47,553 bases of DNA from Methanomassiliicoccaceae archaeon (GCA_016282555.1 JAEEKU010000101.1:1-47553); one strand, 5' to 3'; shown: positions 20,850-31,567, numbered from the stretch's first letter. Made by a program: numbers and translations. Notes: generated from the letters alone by a model not told the origin.

Positions 20850-22655
20850 TTACTGTCCGGGAGGATCTTTGCTTACTCCGACCTTTTTTCTCTGTCTTCC
20901 GCCGGTCTTTTTGAGCTTTCCCTGTCCGAGCGCCCATTCGAAGCTCTTCTCTTCGGCGGGAGTTATAAGCACGCGGTCGCCTTTGGCGTATTTGCGTCCG
21001 GTCACCCAGTTCGTGAACGGGGAGAGAACCTTGTACTCGTCGGCGTCCATGACCACCTCTTTGACGTTCGGCCTCCCCTTCATCTCCGAATAGGTTCCCG
21101 AGAAAGTGCGGACGCGGCCGCCGGAAACCTCTATCATCTTCGTGCACACGGTATCCAGATAATACCTGTCGTGGGTGACCGTGAGGACCGTGCCGTCGTA
21201 CTCGTTGAGGGCTTCCTCCAGAGCGTGCTTGGCCGGTATATCCAGATAGTTGGTGGGCTCGTCGAGGACCAGAAGATTGGTTTCGTCGAGGAGAAGCAGG
21301 CACATGGCGACCCTGGCCCTCTGGCCTCCGGACAGTGTTGAAATGGGGCGCTCGACGTCTTCGCCGGTCAGCAGGAAGCGGGCCAGAAGGCTGCGGGCCT
21401 CCCCTCTGCGCTCCTTTCCTATAATGAGAAGAAGCTGCTCCTCGGCGGTGAGCTTCATGTCGAGGCGCTCGTGATGCTGCGAATAGTATCCGATCTTGGC
21501 TCCGGGCGCCACCCACAGCTCCCCTTCGGAAGGGATTTTTTCGAGAAGGGCCCTGACCAGGGTAGTTTTCCCCTCTCCGTTGGATCCGAAGATCCCGACT
21601 TTGTCCCCTTTGTGGATATCCAGCTCCACGTTCTCCAGGATCTTCCTTCCTCCCAGGGATACGGAGAGGTTCTTGGCGGTGAGAACGTTCTTTCCGGATT
21701 TGTGGGCCGCCTGGATCCTGACGGTTATCTCCCTGCTCTCCTCCGGCTTCTCCTTCTCCTCCATCTTGGAGATCATCTTCTCGCGGGTCTTGTGGGTGGT
21801 CATGTACCACTGGTCCCGGTGGAGTTCTCTGGCTATCTCCTCCTGCCTCTTCTTCTGGGAGATGTATTTGCGGTACTCCTTCTCCATCCGGTCCAGCTCG
21901 ATCATCTTCTTCATGATGAAATCGGAGTAGTTTCCCTTGTATTCCCGGGATTTCCCGCCGGAGATCTCCAGCATGCGGGTGGCTATCTTGTCCAGGAAAT
22001 ACCTGTCGTGGCTGATAACCAGGACGGCGCAGTGCGTTTTCAGAAGATAATCCTCCAGCCATTCCACGGTGTTGATGTCGAGATGGGAAGTGGGCTCGTC
22101 CATGACCAGAAGATCGCAGTCGTCGGCCTGGACTACGATGCGGGAAAGCATGACTTTTGTCCTCTCGCCGCCGGAGAGGGAATCCATAGTGCGATCCATG
22201 AAATCCCCGGAAAGACCCACTTTCTCGAGCGCGGAGATGAGATTCCTCTCGTCGTCCGCATCGGATTTGGAGAGCTGCGACTCGATGGATGCGCTCTCCT
22301 CGGCGAGAGCGTTCCAGTCTATATCCCCGCCCTTAGCCATGAGATCGTCTATCTCGGCCAGACGGCGTTTGAGATTCTCGATATGGCCGTAAGGGCGTCC
22401 AAGAACGTCGCGGACGGTGAATTCTGACGAGGACTCCGCGAACTGCTCCAGATATCCGATCCTCTCGGTGTTTCTGATTATCTCGCCCGTATCCGGCTTC
22501 ATCTCTCCGAGAAGGATCTTCAGAAACGTGCTCTTGCCGGCTCCGTTCACCCCTATCAGGCCTATGGAATCGCCTTCGTTGATCTGGAGGCTGACGTCGG
22601 TCAGAACTCTCACGGGTCCGAATGATTTCGCTATTGCCTGAGCCTTTAAGAGCAT
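20850..22655 (-). CDS. ABC-F family ATP-binding protein
   Basis: Two ABC domains (GVNGAGKST, LSGGE, DEPTSHLD; GSNGEGKTT, LSGGQ, DEPTNYLD) and no TM segments. Confidence 0.92.
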   Translation of the reverse strand: MLLKAQAIAKSFGPVRVLTDVSLQINEGDSIGLIGVNGAGKSTFLKILLGEMKPDTGEIIRNTERIGYLEQFAESSSEFTVRDVLGRPYGHIENLKRRLAEIDDLMAKGGDIDWNALAEESASIESQLSKSDADDERNLISALEKVGLSGDFMDRTMDSLSGGERTKVMLSRIVVQADDCDLLVMDEPTSHLDINTVEWLEDYLLKTHCAVLVISHDRYFLDKIATRMLEISGGKSREYKGNYSDFIMKKMIELDRMEKEYRKYISQKKRQEEIARELHRDQWYMTTHKTREKMISKMEEKEKPEESREITVRIQAAHKSGKNVLTAKNLSVSLGGRKILENVELDIHKGDKVGIFGSNGEGKTTLVRALLEKIPSEGELWVAPGAKIGYYSQHHERLDMKLTAEEQLLLIIGKERRGEARSLLARFLLTGEDVERPISTLSGGQRARVAMCLLLLDETNLLVLDEPTNYLDIPAKHALEEALNEYDGTVLTVTHDRYYLDTVCTKMIEVSGGRVRTFSGTYSEMKGRPNVKEVVMDADEYKVLSPFTNWVTGRKYAKGDRVLITPAEEKSFEWALGQGKLKKTGGRQRKKVGVSKDPPGQ

Positions 22656-22692
22656 GGGGACCCGTAATCCCCGCTCGTTAATGATGTTTCGG

Positions 22693-23313
22693 TCGGAGAT
22701 ACGCGGTTCCGATCTCCTCCGGGACAGCGGATCCCTTCGTTATATCGGATAATTTCCTGAAAAGGAGATCCTCGCTCCCGTCCGGAACCGGCATTTCCGC
22801 GGAGACTTTTCCGGAAAATGAATAAACGGGGCGGAACGGGGAGATGCTTCCGGCCTCCGACTCGAATCTCCCGTAATCGGCGTATTCTATCTGAAACCTG
22901 TAGATGCGGCAGAATCTTTTTTCGATGACGGGAGCGTTTCTCAGAGCGGCGGAAGCGGATTCGGTATAAGCGCGGACCAGGCCTCCGGTCCCCAGGAGAG
23001 TTCCCCCGAACCAGCGGATCACAATTATTGCCGTGTCGGAAAGACCGGATCCCCTGATGACGGACATTATGGGTTTTCCGGCGGTTCCGGAGGGTTCCCC
23101 GGCGTCGCTGTACCTCTCGATGCGATCCGGCCCCCCGAACACCGCGGCGTAGCAGTAATGCGTCGCGCCGGGATACTATTCCCTCAGTTTTTCCGCCGCG
23201 GCGGACAGCTCCTCCCGGCTTCCGCACGGAAAGGCTACTCCGGTGAAACGCGATCCCTTGATCGAGAATGCGGAGATCCCGCACGCGGAAACGGTTCTGA
23301 AATCTTTATTCAT
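22693..23313 (-). CDS. yigZ: YigZ/IMPACT family protein (206 aa) with in-frame TAG at codon 46 and CGA stop
   Basis: MNKDFRTVSACGISAFSIKGSRFTG...KLRE[TAG]YPGATHYCYA...SDAGEPSGTAGKP...RWFGGTLLGTGGLVRAY. TAG at 23178-23176; CGA at 22695-22693. Confidence 0.85.
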
Positions 23314-23343
23314 AAAAAAGGGGCCCCGGGGGACCCCCGGGTT
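23314..23343 (-). terminator. Hairpin plus U-run after putP
   Basis: CCGGGGG-a-CCCCCGG inverted repeat followed on the minus strand by TTTTTT. Confidence 0.55.
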
Positions 23344-24840
23344 TCAATGGCTTTCGGTGTAGGTCTGGGCCTCGTCGAACTCTCTGACGATCTCCTCCTG
23401 AGGGGCGGGGGTCGCCAGGGAGACGATGATTCCCGCGATCAGAGCGAGGATGAATCCGGGCAGGAGCTCGTAGATTCCGGTCTCCGCGGTGAGGAACGTG
23501 TTCCAGAGAATGACCGAGAGGAACCCCGTTATAAGGGATGCGAGAGCCCCGTAAAGGTTCATCCTCTTCCAGTACAGGGACAGGATCATCAGCGGACCGA
23601 ACGCGGCTCCGAAGCCGGCCCACGCGTAGGAGACCAGGCCCATGATGTTGCTTCCGCCGTACAGCGCCAGTATGAGTGCGAAAACGGCCACGGCGGCGAC
23701 GACTCCCCTAGATATCCACATCATCTTGTTCTCTGAGAAGGAGTACTTCTTGCTCTTTCCGAGAAGATCGTTGGTTATCGACGATGAAGCGACAAGAAGC
23801 TGGGAGTCCGCGGTGGACATGATCGCGGCCATCACGGCGGCGAAAAGAAGCCCCGCGATGATGGGCGCGAAGAGATCGCCCGCCATGATGATGAAAACGT
23901 GCTCGGCGTTGAATCCCTCGCTGGATATCACGTCCTCTCCGAGATAGACTCTTCCAATCATTCCCACGAGAACGACCGCGGAGAGCGCGATGACGATCCA
24001 CACGAGAGAGATCCTGCGCGAGATCTTGACCTCCTCGGGATCCCTGATGGACATGTACCTGACTATGATGTGGGGCATTCCGAAGTACCCGAAGGCCCAT
24101 GCGAGAAGAGACAGGATCGCTATGAATCCCAGCGGGCTTCCGCCGTCCCAGAACAGATCGGCGAAGTGATCCACTCCGACCGCCTCCCATCCGGCTTCGA
24201 CGTTGCTCCAGCCTCCCAGAGCGCCCACGGCGGCCAGAGGGACCACCACGACGGCGACCAGCATGAGCATTCCCTGGAAGAAATCCGTCCAGCACACCGC
24301 TTTGTACCCGCCGAAGAACGTGTAGACGACGATGATGATGGCGCCGATGACCATGGCGATTTCGAAAGAAATCTCGGGGAATATGGTCTGGAGAGTTACT
24401 CCGCATCCCTTGAAACCGGACGCGACGTAGATCGTGAAGAAAAACAGGATGATCAGACTGCATATGAATCTCAGGTAGCCTTTGTTATCCTTGTAGCGGT
24501 TGGAGAAGAATTCGGGAACCGTGAGGGCGTTTCCCGCGACGACCGAATGCTTTCTCAGTTTCTTGGCGACGAAAAGCCAGGAAAGATAGGAGCCTGCGGC
24601 CAGGCCGATGCCGATCCACACCTCTCCGAGACCGAAGAGAAGGACCGCTCCCGGAAGACCCATAAGCAGCCAGCTGCTCATATCGGAGGCCTGCGCCGAC
24701 AGAGCCGTGACGTAGGGGTTCATCGAACGCCCGCCGAGGAAGTAATCCTCCATGCTGGAGGACCTCTTGTAGAAGTAGAATCCTACACCCAGAACGAGCG
24801 CGAAATAAATGATGAACGCAAGAAGAATTTGCAAATTCAT
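23344..24840 (-). CDS. putP: Sodium/proline symporter (SSS family)
   Basis: YFLGGR, ALSAQASDMSSWLLMGLPG, GYFGMPHI, AAIMSTADSQLL, AWAGFGAAFGP. Confidence 0.93.
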   Translation of the reverse strand: MNLQILLAFIIYFALVLGVGFYFYKRSSSMEDYFLGGRSMNPYVTALSAQASDMSSWLLMGLPGAVLLFGLGEVWIGIGLAAGSYLSWLFVAKKLRKHSVVAGNALTVPEFFSNRYKDNKGYLRFICSLIILFFFTIYVASGFKGCGVTLQTIFPEISFEIAMVIGAIIIVVYTFFGGYKAVCWTDFFQGMLMLVAVVVVPLAAVGALGGWSNVEAGWEAVGVDHFADLFWDGGSPLGFIAILSLLAWAFGYFGMPHIIVRYMSIRDPEEVKISRRISLVWIVIALSAVVLVGMIGRVYLGEDVISSEGFNAEHVFIIMAGDLFAPIIAGLLFAAVMAAIMSTADSQLLVASSSITNDLLGKSKKYSFSENKMMWISRGVVAAVAVFALILALYGGSNIMGLVSYAWAGFGAAFGPLMILSLYWKRMNLYGALASLITGFLSVILWNTFLTAETGIYELLPGFILALIAGIIVSLATPAPQEEIVREFDEAQTYTESH

Positions 24841-24903
24841 TTATGCACCGGGGTCCGCATCGGAACGATAACATAAAAACGCATTGTTCCGATGCGGACC
24901 GGC

Positions 24904-27435
24904 TCAAAGTGTTTTCCTCTGCATGAACTTCGGACCTTTCCAGTTCCAGTTTCCGAGAAGATGCATGATCGCCGGGACGATGTAGGTGCGGACGATCAGC
25001 GCGTCGCAGAGAATGGCGAAGCACAGCGCGAATCCGATCTCCTGCATTATGGTCAGCGACGAAAGCATAAGGGTTCCGAAAGCCCCGCCCATTATCAGCC
25101 CGCACACGGTGATGACGGAACCTGTATGGGTGACCGCGTGGTGGATGGCTTCGTCGTTGGACATGCCCTTCAGCACGTTCTCTCTGATGCGGGTGGTCAG
25201 GAGGATATCGTAGTCCATTCCCAGACCCAGACAGATCACCAGAAGAATGAGCGGGATGAGCCAGATGACGTCCTTTCCGAGCAGAACGGTGAAGACCACA
25301 TGCGTCATCGCGAGAGTCCAGGATATGCTCATCAGGATGGTGAACACGGATCTCAGCGGGATGAGGTAGGATCTCATGACGATGAACAGAAGGATTATAA
25401 TGAAAATTATAACCAGAATCTCGATCAGGTTGAACTCCTCGCTGACGTCTTTGGAGATATCGTACATGACCGCCGCCGTTCCGGTGACCCAGGTCTCCGT
25501 CACGTATCCGGTTCCGCGGACCGCGTTGAGAGTCTTCACGAAGGCGTCCGTCTCCGATGCGGAGTGATCTATGGTCTGCATGGAGAGGGGAGACATCGCC
25601 GCGTCGGCGGTGGAGTACTGGAACATGAAGAAGTTCACGTCTCCGGTTCCGGACTCCGCGTAATCGCCGCCGATCATCTTCGAATAATTGTTGATGAGGT
25701 AGTCTATGGAGGAGCCGCCCATGAGCACCAGCTGCTCGTCGGACATCATCCCGCGGACCTGCGAGATCACCGGCTCCAGGTACAGCTTCAGCATCTCGGG
25801 GGTGTTCTCCACGGCGCGGTCGACTATGTCCGAATACGACAGCGGCAGAGGCGCCCCCTCCTCCGTAAGCTGCTTTTCGGCTTCCTGCACGTATTTGTCC
25901 CACATGTACGGGCCGGCGACGTCGGCGACGTTCGGATCCGAGCGCAGGGCATTGTAATACGGATCCATATTGATGTCCTTGAACGAATCCGTCCATATCA
26001 GCATCTTCATCTCCGGAATCAGCTTGTTGTCATAGACGTGGGCTATCGGCTCCGACGTCTCGAAGATGATGTAGTTGGGCATGAACATTCCCTGGTTCGC
26101 GTACTCTCCGAGATATTCCATCCCCTTTCCGGAATCTCCGGTCTGCATGCAGCTGATCATATCGTAAGAGGTTTCGGAGTTCATCGTCAGGTAGGCGGCC
26201 GGAACCGTCACCAGAACTGCCGCCAGGGTGATGACGCCGGCGCGCTTCAGCGAGAATCTGGACGACTTTTCGAAATATTTCTCGCCCAGGCGCCCGAACC
26301 AGGCGAACCATCCTCTGGTGGCTTTCCCGCCCTCTTCGAAGGCCTTCATGGTGGTGGGCCAGAATATTCTGTCGCGGACGAACTGGAGTATCGCCGGGAT
26401 CAGGGTGAGAGCGGCGAGCATCGCCACCAGGATGCTCAGGGCGAGACAAATTCCCATGGTGGAGATCATGCTTATGGAGCAGATGGACATGACTCCGAAC
26501 CCTATTATGACGGACGCTCCGGATGTCGCGATGGATTCCCCTGCCCATTTTATGGCGTCGTGGAGGGCGAGCTCGTGGGTGAGTCCGGAGCGGAGCCCCT
26601 CTCTGTAACGGGATATGATGAAAATGCAGTAGTCGCAGCCCGCTCCCATCATGGAGACCAGGAGCAGCATCTCCGTGATGAAGAAGATGTTCAGGATCTG
26701 CCCTATTCCGTAGATGAGGGCGAGAACGACGACGAAGGCCACCCCGATGGTCACCGGGGGCGTGGCCGAAGTGATGAAGGATCTGAAGAACAGACCCACC
26801 AGGATGAGGATCATAAGAACCGTGAACGGATCTATTCTGGAAACGTCCTCCAGGGCCCCGGCGGCGAGATCGTGGGTCACCGCGAGGGTTCCCGTAAGAT
26901 AAACTCCGTCCGAAAGGATCTCTGCCTGGGCCGGGCCCAGGGCGGCGAACTCCTTCTCCATGCGGTCTATGAATTCCCTGAGGGTGTCCACGTCCTCGTC
27001 GGCCGGCTCTCCGGAGAAAAGGACGCCGGTGAGGATTATTCCCCCATCCAGCCCCTCCTTGGTCTGGGAGCCCATGGAGACGAACGCATTGGATCTCAGT
27101 TTGGGATTGCCGTCCCCGTCGGTGTATTCGGAGGAATGCTCGTTCATGTAGTTTATGAAAGCGTCCCCCGCGGCCTCTCCCGCTTCGTCATCGTATTTTA
27201 TCAGGATTATCGGCATCGAGGAGACCGTGCCCCCTCCGGAGGGGAAATAACGGTCCATGATCTCCATTCCTCTGACCGACTCCGAATTCTCGGCTGCGAT
27301 CTCGTTGATGTCGTATTTCATTACCTCCGAGGATTTCATAGCCAGAGGAACCGAGCAGATCAGAATGATGACCCACATTACGACAATCAGCTTTGCGTGC
27401 TTCGCGATCGCATCTGCGAGCCTGTCGAAAATCAT
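24904..27435 (-). CDS. MMPL/RND family transporter
   Basis: GAGCDYCIFIISRYRE and GLGMDYDILLTTRIRE motifs; two TM bundles. Confidence 0.88.
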   Translation of the reverse strand: MIFDRLADAIAKHAKLIVVMWVIILICSVPLAMKSSEVMKYDINEIAAENSESVRGMEIMDRYFPSGGGTVSSMPIILIKYDDEAGEAAGDAFINYMNEHSSEYTDGDGNPKLRSNAFVSMGSQTKEGLDGGIILTGVLFSGEPADEDVDTLREFIDRMEKEFAALGPAQAEILSDGVYLTGTLAVTHDLAAGALEDVSRIDPFTVLMILILVGLFFRSFITSATPPVTIGVAFVVVLALIYGIGQILNIFFITEMLLLVSMMGAGCDYCIFIISRYREGLRSGLTHELALHDAIKWAGESIATSGASVIIGFGVMSICSISMISTMGICLALSILVAMLAALTLIPAILQFVRDRIFWPTTMKAFEEGGKATRGWFAWFGRLGEKYFEKSSRFSLKRAGVITLAAVLVTVPAAYLTMNSETSYDMISCMQTGDSGKGMEYLGEYANQGMFMPNYIIFETSEPIAHVYDNKLIPEMKMLIWTDSFKDINMDPYYNALRSDPNVADVAGPYMWDKYVQEAEKQLTEEGAPLPLSYSDIVDRAVENTPEMLKLYLEPVISQVRGMMSDEQLVLMGGSSIDYLINNYSKMIGGDYAESGTGDVNFFMFQYSTADAAMSPLSMQTIDHSASETDAFVKTLNAVRGTGYVTETWVTGTAAVMYDISKDVSEEFNLIEILVIIFIIILLFIVMRSYLIPLRSVFTILMSISWTLAMTHVVFTVLLGKDVIWLIPLILLVICLGLGMDYDILLTTRIRENVLKGMSNDEAIHHAVTHTGSVITVCGLIMGGAFGTLMLSSLTIMQEIGFALCFAILCDALIVRTYIVPAIMHLLGNWNWKGPKFMQRKTL

Positions 27436-27538
27436 GGGAAACCCGAAAATTTAGTTAATATATAAGACCAATGAACGGGGCGCGCAGACCGTCACGGTTA
27501 TTTATCAAAATCCGATCAGACGGAGAGAGACTGACATC

Positions 27539-28282
27539 ATGAGGGCTATACTTCTCGCGGCAGGAAAGGGAACCAGAATCTCCAGGTACTACAAATGCCC
27601 GAAAAGCACCCTGGAAGTGAACGGCGTGTCCATAATCGAGCATTCCGTCGGCATCCTCGAGGACGAAGGAATCTCCGTAACCGCGGTGCTGGGATACGGA
27701 AGCGAAGCCGTCCGCGGATGCCTCGCCGGACATAACACGGACTTCGTCATGAACCCGTTCTATTCGGTCACCAACAGCCTGGGATCCCTGTGGATGGCCA
27801 AAGATTACATCAGAGAGGGAGAGGATCTTCTGGTCTGCAACGCGGACGTCTTCTGGGAGAAGCCGGTTCTCGACAGGATCATTTCTTCCGCTGACGGGCC
27901 GGTGATGGCCGCGGACAGCACCCGCTGCGACATCGGAGACTATTTCTTCCGCGTTTCGGACGGGTATATCAAAGAATACGGGAAAGAGCTCCCCAGGGAG
28001 AGAAGGACCCACGAGTACGTCGGGATGGCCGAGATTCCCGGAAACTGCACGGGAAGGTTCCGGGAGAGGCTGGAGAGGATGACCTGGAACGAGGAGTACG
28101 GGGAATGGTGGGAGAACGTCCTCTACGCGCATCTGGACGAGGAGCCGGTGAAAATCGCCGATCTTCCGGATCTGTTCTGGGGAGAGGTGGATTATCTTGA
28201 AGATTACAGGCGCATAACCGAGTACGCCCGCACCGGAGACGTTTCCTCGAAGCTCGACAGAAAGTTCAACAAACCCGAATGA
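27539..28282 (+). CDS. Nucleotidyltransferase (LicC/phosphocholine cytidylyltransferase-like)
   Basis: AILLAAGKGTRI, PKS, NPFYSVTNSLGSLW, EVDYLEDY. Confidence 0.8.
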   Translation: MRAILLAAGKGTRISRYYKCPKSTLEVNGVSIIEHSVGILEDEGISVTAVLGYGSEAVRGCLAGHNTDFVMNPFYSVTNSLGSLWMAKDYIREGEDLLVCNADVFWEKPVLDRIISSADGPVMAADSTRCDIGDYFFRVSDGYIKEYGKELPRERRTHEYVGMAEIPGNCTGRFRERLERMTWNEEYGEWWENVLYAHLDEEPVKIADLPDLFWGEVDYLEDYRRITEYARTGDVSSKLDRKFNKPE

Positions 28283-28318
28283 TCCTTTTTCCGCGCGGGC
28301 AACATCCTTATCTATATC

Positions 28319-28330
28319 CCTTTTATACGA
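28319..28330 (+). promoter_or_regulatory. Putative archaeal TATA box upstream of hisG
   Basis: TTTTATAC about 20-26 nt before the ATG at 28347. Confidence 0.4.
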
Positions 28331-28346
28331 AAAATCCGAGGATACA

Positions 28347-29210
28347 ATGGCACTAAGAATCGGCGTCCCGAACAAAGGAAGGCTGAACGAAAGAACGCTG
28401 GAGCTTCTCAGGAAGGCCGGGCTGGATCTGGGAGAGGACATCGGCAGAAAGCTCTACGCGAAGGTCAAAAACCAGGATCTCGAGATAATGTTCGTCAGGG
28501 CGCAGGATATTCCCGGATTCATAGCGGCGGGAGCCATAGACGTGGGGATCACCGGCCTGGATCAGCTTGCCGAGTCCGGGCAGGATCTTAAAGTCATACT
28601 CAATCTGGAATTCGGATTCTGCCGCCTCTCCGTCGCGGTGCCCGAGAATTCCCCCGTTAGGGACGTGAGGGACATTCCGGACGGAAGCAGGATAGCCACC
28701 TCCTTCCCGAAGATGACCGAGAAGTACTTCTCGTCCCTTGGAAAGAAGGTAAAAGTGATCGTGGTTTCCGGGGCGGCGGAGATTATGCCCTATCTCGGCA
28801 TCTCCGACTACATCGTCGATCTGGTATCCACCGGCTCCACCCTTAAGACTAACAGGCTCGCCGAGATCGGGACGATACTGGAGTCCCAGGCGGCGATGAT
28901 CACGTCCCGGGGCGCTCTGGAGAAACACAAAGCGGCCGTATGCGAGATTACCGATTCGATAAGAAGCGTCATCGCGGCGGAGAACAAGAAGTATCTCATG
29001 GCCGACATTCCGGAATCGGCGGTGGAGGAGGCAAGAAGGATCCTCCCGGGAATCGAGGGGCCCACGGTCACCGGCATCGCCGGCAACAGCAGCTATCTCG
29101 CGGTGCACGCGGTGGTCGATTCCGACAAGATCTACAAAACCATAGCGGAGCTCAAAGCCATAGGAGCCAGAGGAATCCTGACGATGCCCATCGAAAGGCT
29201 GGTGGAGCGA
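28347..29210 (+). CDS. hisG: ATP phosphoribosyltransferase, long form (287 aa, ends at CGA)
   Basis: PNKGRL, VRAQDIP, GITGLD, IATSFP, DLVSTGSTL. C-terminal GARGILTMPIERLVE is followed by CGA (29208-29210), 1 nt before the hisC ATG. Confidence 0.92.
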
Positions 29211-29211
29211 T

Positions 29212-30261
29212 ATGGATCGCGGCATAATGAGATCCACGGCGAGAGAATTCAGGAAATATTATAATCCCGAGCTGCACGGGGAGCTGAGGCTGGATACGAA
29301 CACCAACGTGCTGGGCCCCAATCCCGCCGCGGCGGAGTACCTTTCGAAGGGGAAGTGGGAGCTGGATCAGTATCCGAACACCTACTCGGACAGACTGAGA
29401 GAGGCTCTCGGGGAACTGTACGATCTGGAGGCGGACAACTTCATCGCCGGGAACGGATCCGACGAGCTTCTGGACATCACTTTCAAAACGTTCACGGACT
29501 GGGGGGACGGCTGCGTGGTGCCGGTGCCGTCCTACACCCTGTACGACTACTTCGTCAGGCTCAACGGCGGAAAGGTCATATGCTCCGAACTGACGGAGGA
29601 TTTCCAGCTGGATACCGACGATATCATAAAGCAGGACGCGAAGATCGTCATAATGCCGTCTCCCAACAACCCCACCGGCAACTGCTTCAGGACGAAGGAT
29701 ATAGAGGAGGTGCTCTCCGGATTCGGGGGGATAGTGGTGGTAGACGAGGCCTACGCCGAATACGGGAAAGATCCGATGATCGGCCGCGTGGAAGAGTTCG
29801 ACAACCTCGTCGTTTTAAGAACGTTCTCCAAAGCGTACGCCATGGCCGCGCTCAGGGTGGGATACGCCGCGGCGAACAGGGAACTGGCCGGCATGATGTC
29901 CTGCGTGAAGATCCCGTACTCGCTCAACATGATAAGCGAGGGGGCGGCGATAGCCGCGCTGAAAGATCAGGACTTCATACGCAGAAGCACGGAGATGGTC
30001 AGGGAGCAGAGGCCGGCGCTGTCGGCGGGGCTGGAGAAGCTGGGATTCAGAACGTTCCCGTCGGACTCCAACTTCATACTGGCCGAATGCCCGGTCGATC
30101 ACTCGGTTTTCACGGAGAAGCTGAAAGCGGAAGGCATACTGATCCGCGACTTCGGGGACAAACCGAGGCTGAAGAACTGCGTCAGGACCACGGTGGGAAC
30201 CCCGGAGCAGAACTCGCTCCTTCTGGAGAAGGCGGAGAAGGTGATCCGGGAATGCCGCTGA
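29212..30261 (+). CDS. hisC: Histidinol-phosphate aminotransferase
   Basis: GNGSDEL, SPNNPTG, VVDEAY, RTFSKAYAMAALRVGY. Confidence 0.93.
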   Translation: MDRGIMRSTAREFRKYYNPELHGELRLDTNTNVLGPNPAAAEYLSKGKWELDQYPNTYSDRLREALGELYDLEADNFIAGNGSDELLDITFKTFTDWGDGCVVPVPSYTLYDYFVRLNGGKVICSELTEDFQLDTDDIIKQDAKIVIMPSPNNPTGNCFRTKDIEEVLSGFGGIVVVDEAYAEYGKDPMIGRVEEFDNLVVLRTFSKAYAMAALRVGYAAANRELAGMMSCVKIPYSLNMISEGAAIAALKDQDFIRRSTEMVREQRPALSAGLEKLGFRTFPSDSNFILAECPVDHSVFTEKLKAEGILIRDFGDKPRLKNCVRTTVGTPEQNSLLLEKAEKVIRECR

Positions 30262-30857
30262 GAATAGCCGTGGCCGATTACGGCGTCGGAAACCTGTTCT
30301 CCATATCAAGATCTCTGGAGAGATGCGGAGCGGAAGCCGTGATAGTAAGAGACTTTTCGGAGCTGGCCGGCGCGGAGTGCATAGTCTTCCCGGGGGTCGG
30401 AGCGTTCGACAAAACCATGGAGAAGCTTCTTCCCCACAGGGAGGAGATATGCGGAAGGCTGGAGGACGGCGTGCCCGCGCTGGGAATATGCATAGGATGC
30501 CAGATCCTCTTCGGAAGAAGCGAAGAAGGAAGATCGCCCGGGCTGGGATTCTTCGGCGGCTCCGTCAGGAAGATGGAGAGCAGAATACTCCCCCACATGG
30601 GCTGGAACTCTCTGGAATCGGACGATCCCCTGCTCGAAGGAACCCCCGACAGGATGTTCTATTTCGTGCACAGCTACTTCGGATCGCCCTCGGACGAAAG
30701 CATCGCTATAGGGACGACCGAGTACGAGGGAACGAGGTTCGGATCGTTCTTCAGAAGAAAGAACGTCTACGGCACCCAGTTCCACCCGGAGAAAAGCAGT
30801 TTCACCGGAAGAAAAGTCATCGAGAATTTCATCTCGTTCGCGGAGGAGAACATATGA
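30252..30857 (+). CDS. hisH: Imidazole glycerol phosphate synthase, glutaminase subunit
   Basis: DYGVGNL, PGVGAF, GICIGCQ, PHMGWN, YFVHSY, QFHPEKS. Confidence 0.93.
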   Translation: MPLRIAVADYGVGNLFSISRSLERCGAEAVIVRDFSELAGAECIVFPGVGAFDKTMEKLLPHREEICGRLEDGVPALGICIGCQILFGRSEEGRSPGLGFFGGSVRKMESRILPHMGWNSLESDDPLLEGTPDRMFYFVHSYFGSPSDESIAIGTTEYEGTRFGSFFRRKNVYGTQFHPEKSSFTGRKVIENFISFAEENI

Positions 30858-31567
30858 GGATTATACCGGCGGTGGACGTCCTGGATCACAAAGTAGTGCA
30901 GCTGGTGGGGGGAGTCCCCGGAAGCCAGCAGATCGTCATGCCGGATCCCGCGGAAACGGCCGGCATGTGGATAGAGAAGGGGGCGGAGTACCTTCATCTG
31001 GTGGATCTCGACGGCGCCTTCGGAAAGGAGAACAACCTTCCGGTCTTCAAGAGAATCATAAAAGAGTACGGAGTTCCGGCGGAGATCGGCGGAGGCATCC
31101 GGAACTCGGAAACCGTGAGAGATCTTATTTCGGCCGGCGCGGACAGAATAGTCGTGGGAACCAGAGCCGTGAAAGATCCTGACTGGCTGGAATCCCTTGC
31201 GGACGAGTTCCCGGGAAGAATCGTTCTTTCCATGGACACCAAAAAAGGAAAAATCGCCGTGAAAGGGTGGCGGGAGTCCGCCGGAATAACCGCGGAGGAG
31301 ATGTTCATCCGCATCCGCGGAATGCCTCTGGCAGCGGTTCTGAATACAAACGTCGACGTCGAAGGACAGAGAAAGGGGATCGACCGGGAACAGGCCCGCG
31401 GTTTCATAAGATCGTGCCCGCATCCGGTCATCGCCTCCGGAGGCGTGACATCCAGAGAGGACGCCGTAGTGCTTTCGGAAGCGGGAGCGGAGGGAGCGGT
31501 CGTGGGTCTCGCGATGTACACCGGGATCATACGCCCGTGGGAATGGGACGCCCCCTGGAGAGCGTGA
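30854..31567 (+). CDS. hisA: ProFAR isomerase
   Basis: IIPAVD, LHLVDLDGA, GGGIR, IASGGV; ATGA overlap with hisH. Confidence 0.92.
   Translation: MRIIPAVDVLDHKVVQLVGGVPGSQQIVMPDPAETAGMWIEKGAEYLHLVDLDGAFGKENNLPVFKRIIKEYGVPAEIGGGIRNSETVRDLISAGADRIVVGTRAVKDPDWLESLADEFPGRIVLSMDTKKGKIAVKGWRESAGITAEEMFIRIRGMPLAAVLNTNVDVEGQRKGIDREQARGFIRSCPHPVIASGGVTSREDAVVLSEAGAEGAVVGLAMYTGIIRPWEWDAPWRA

Noticed and set aside
24892-27465. 857-aa plus-strand ORF and the many similar antisense/alternate-frame ORFs in the track
   Set aside because: They overlap well-supported genes on the opposite strand or in another frame and have no family motifs.
29355-31567. 500-aa and 414-aa ORFs suggesting HisH/HisA N-terminal fusions
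   Set aside because: The upstream parts are alternate-frame extensions over hisC and hisH; the real starts are at 30252 and 30854.
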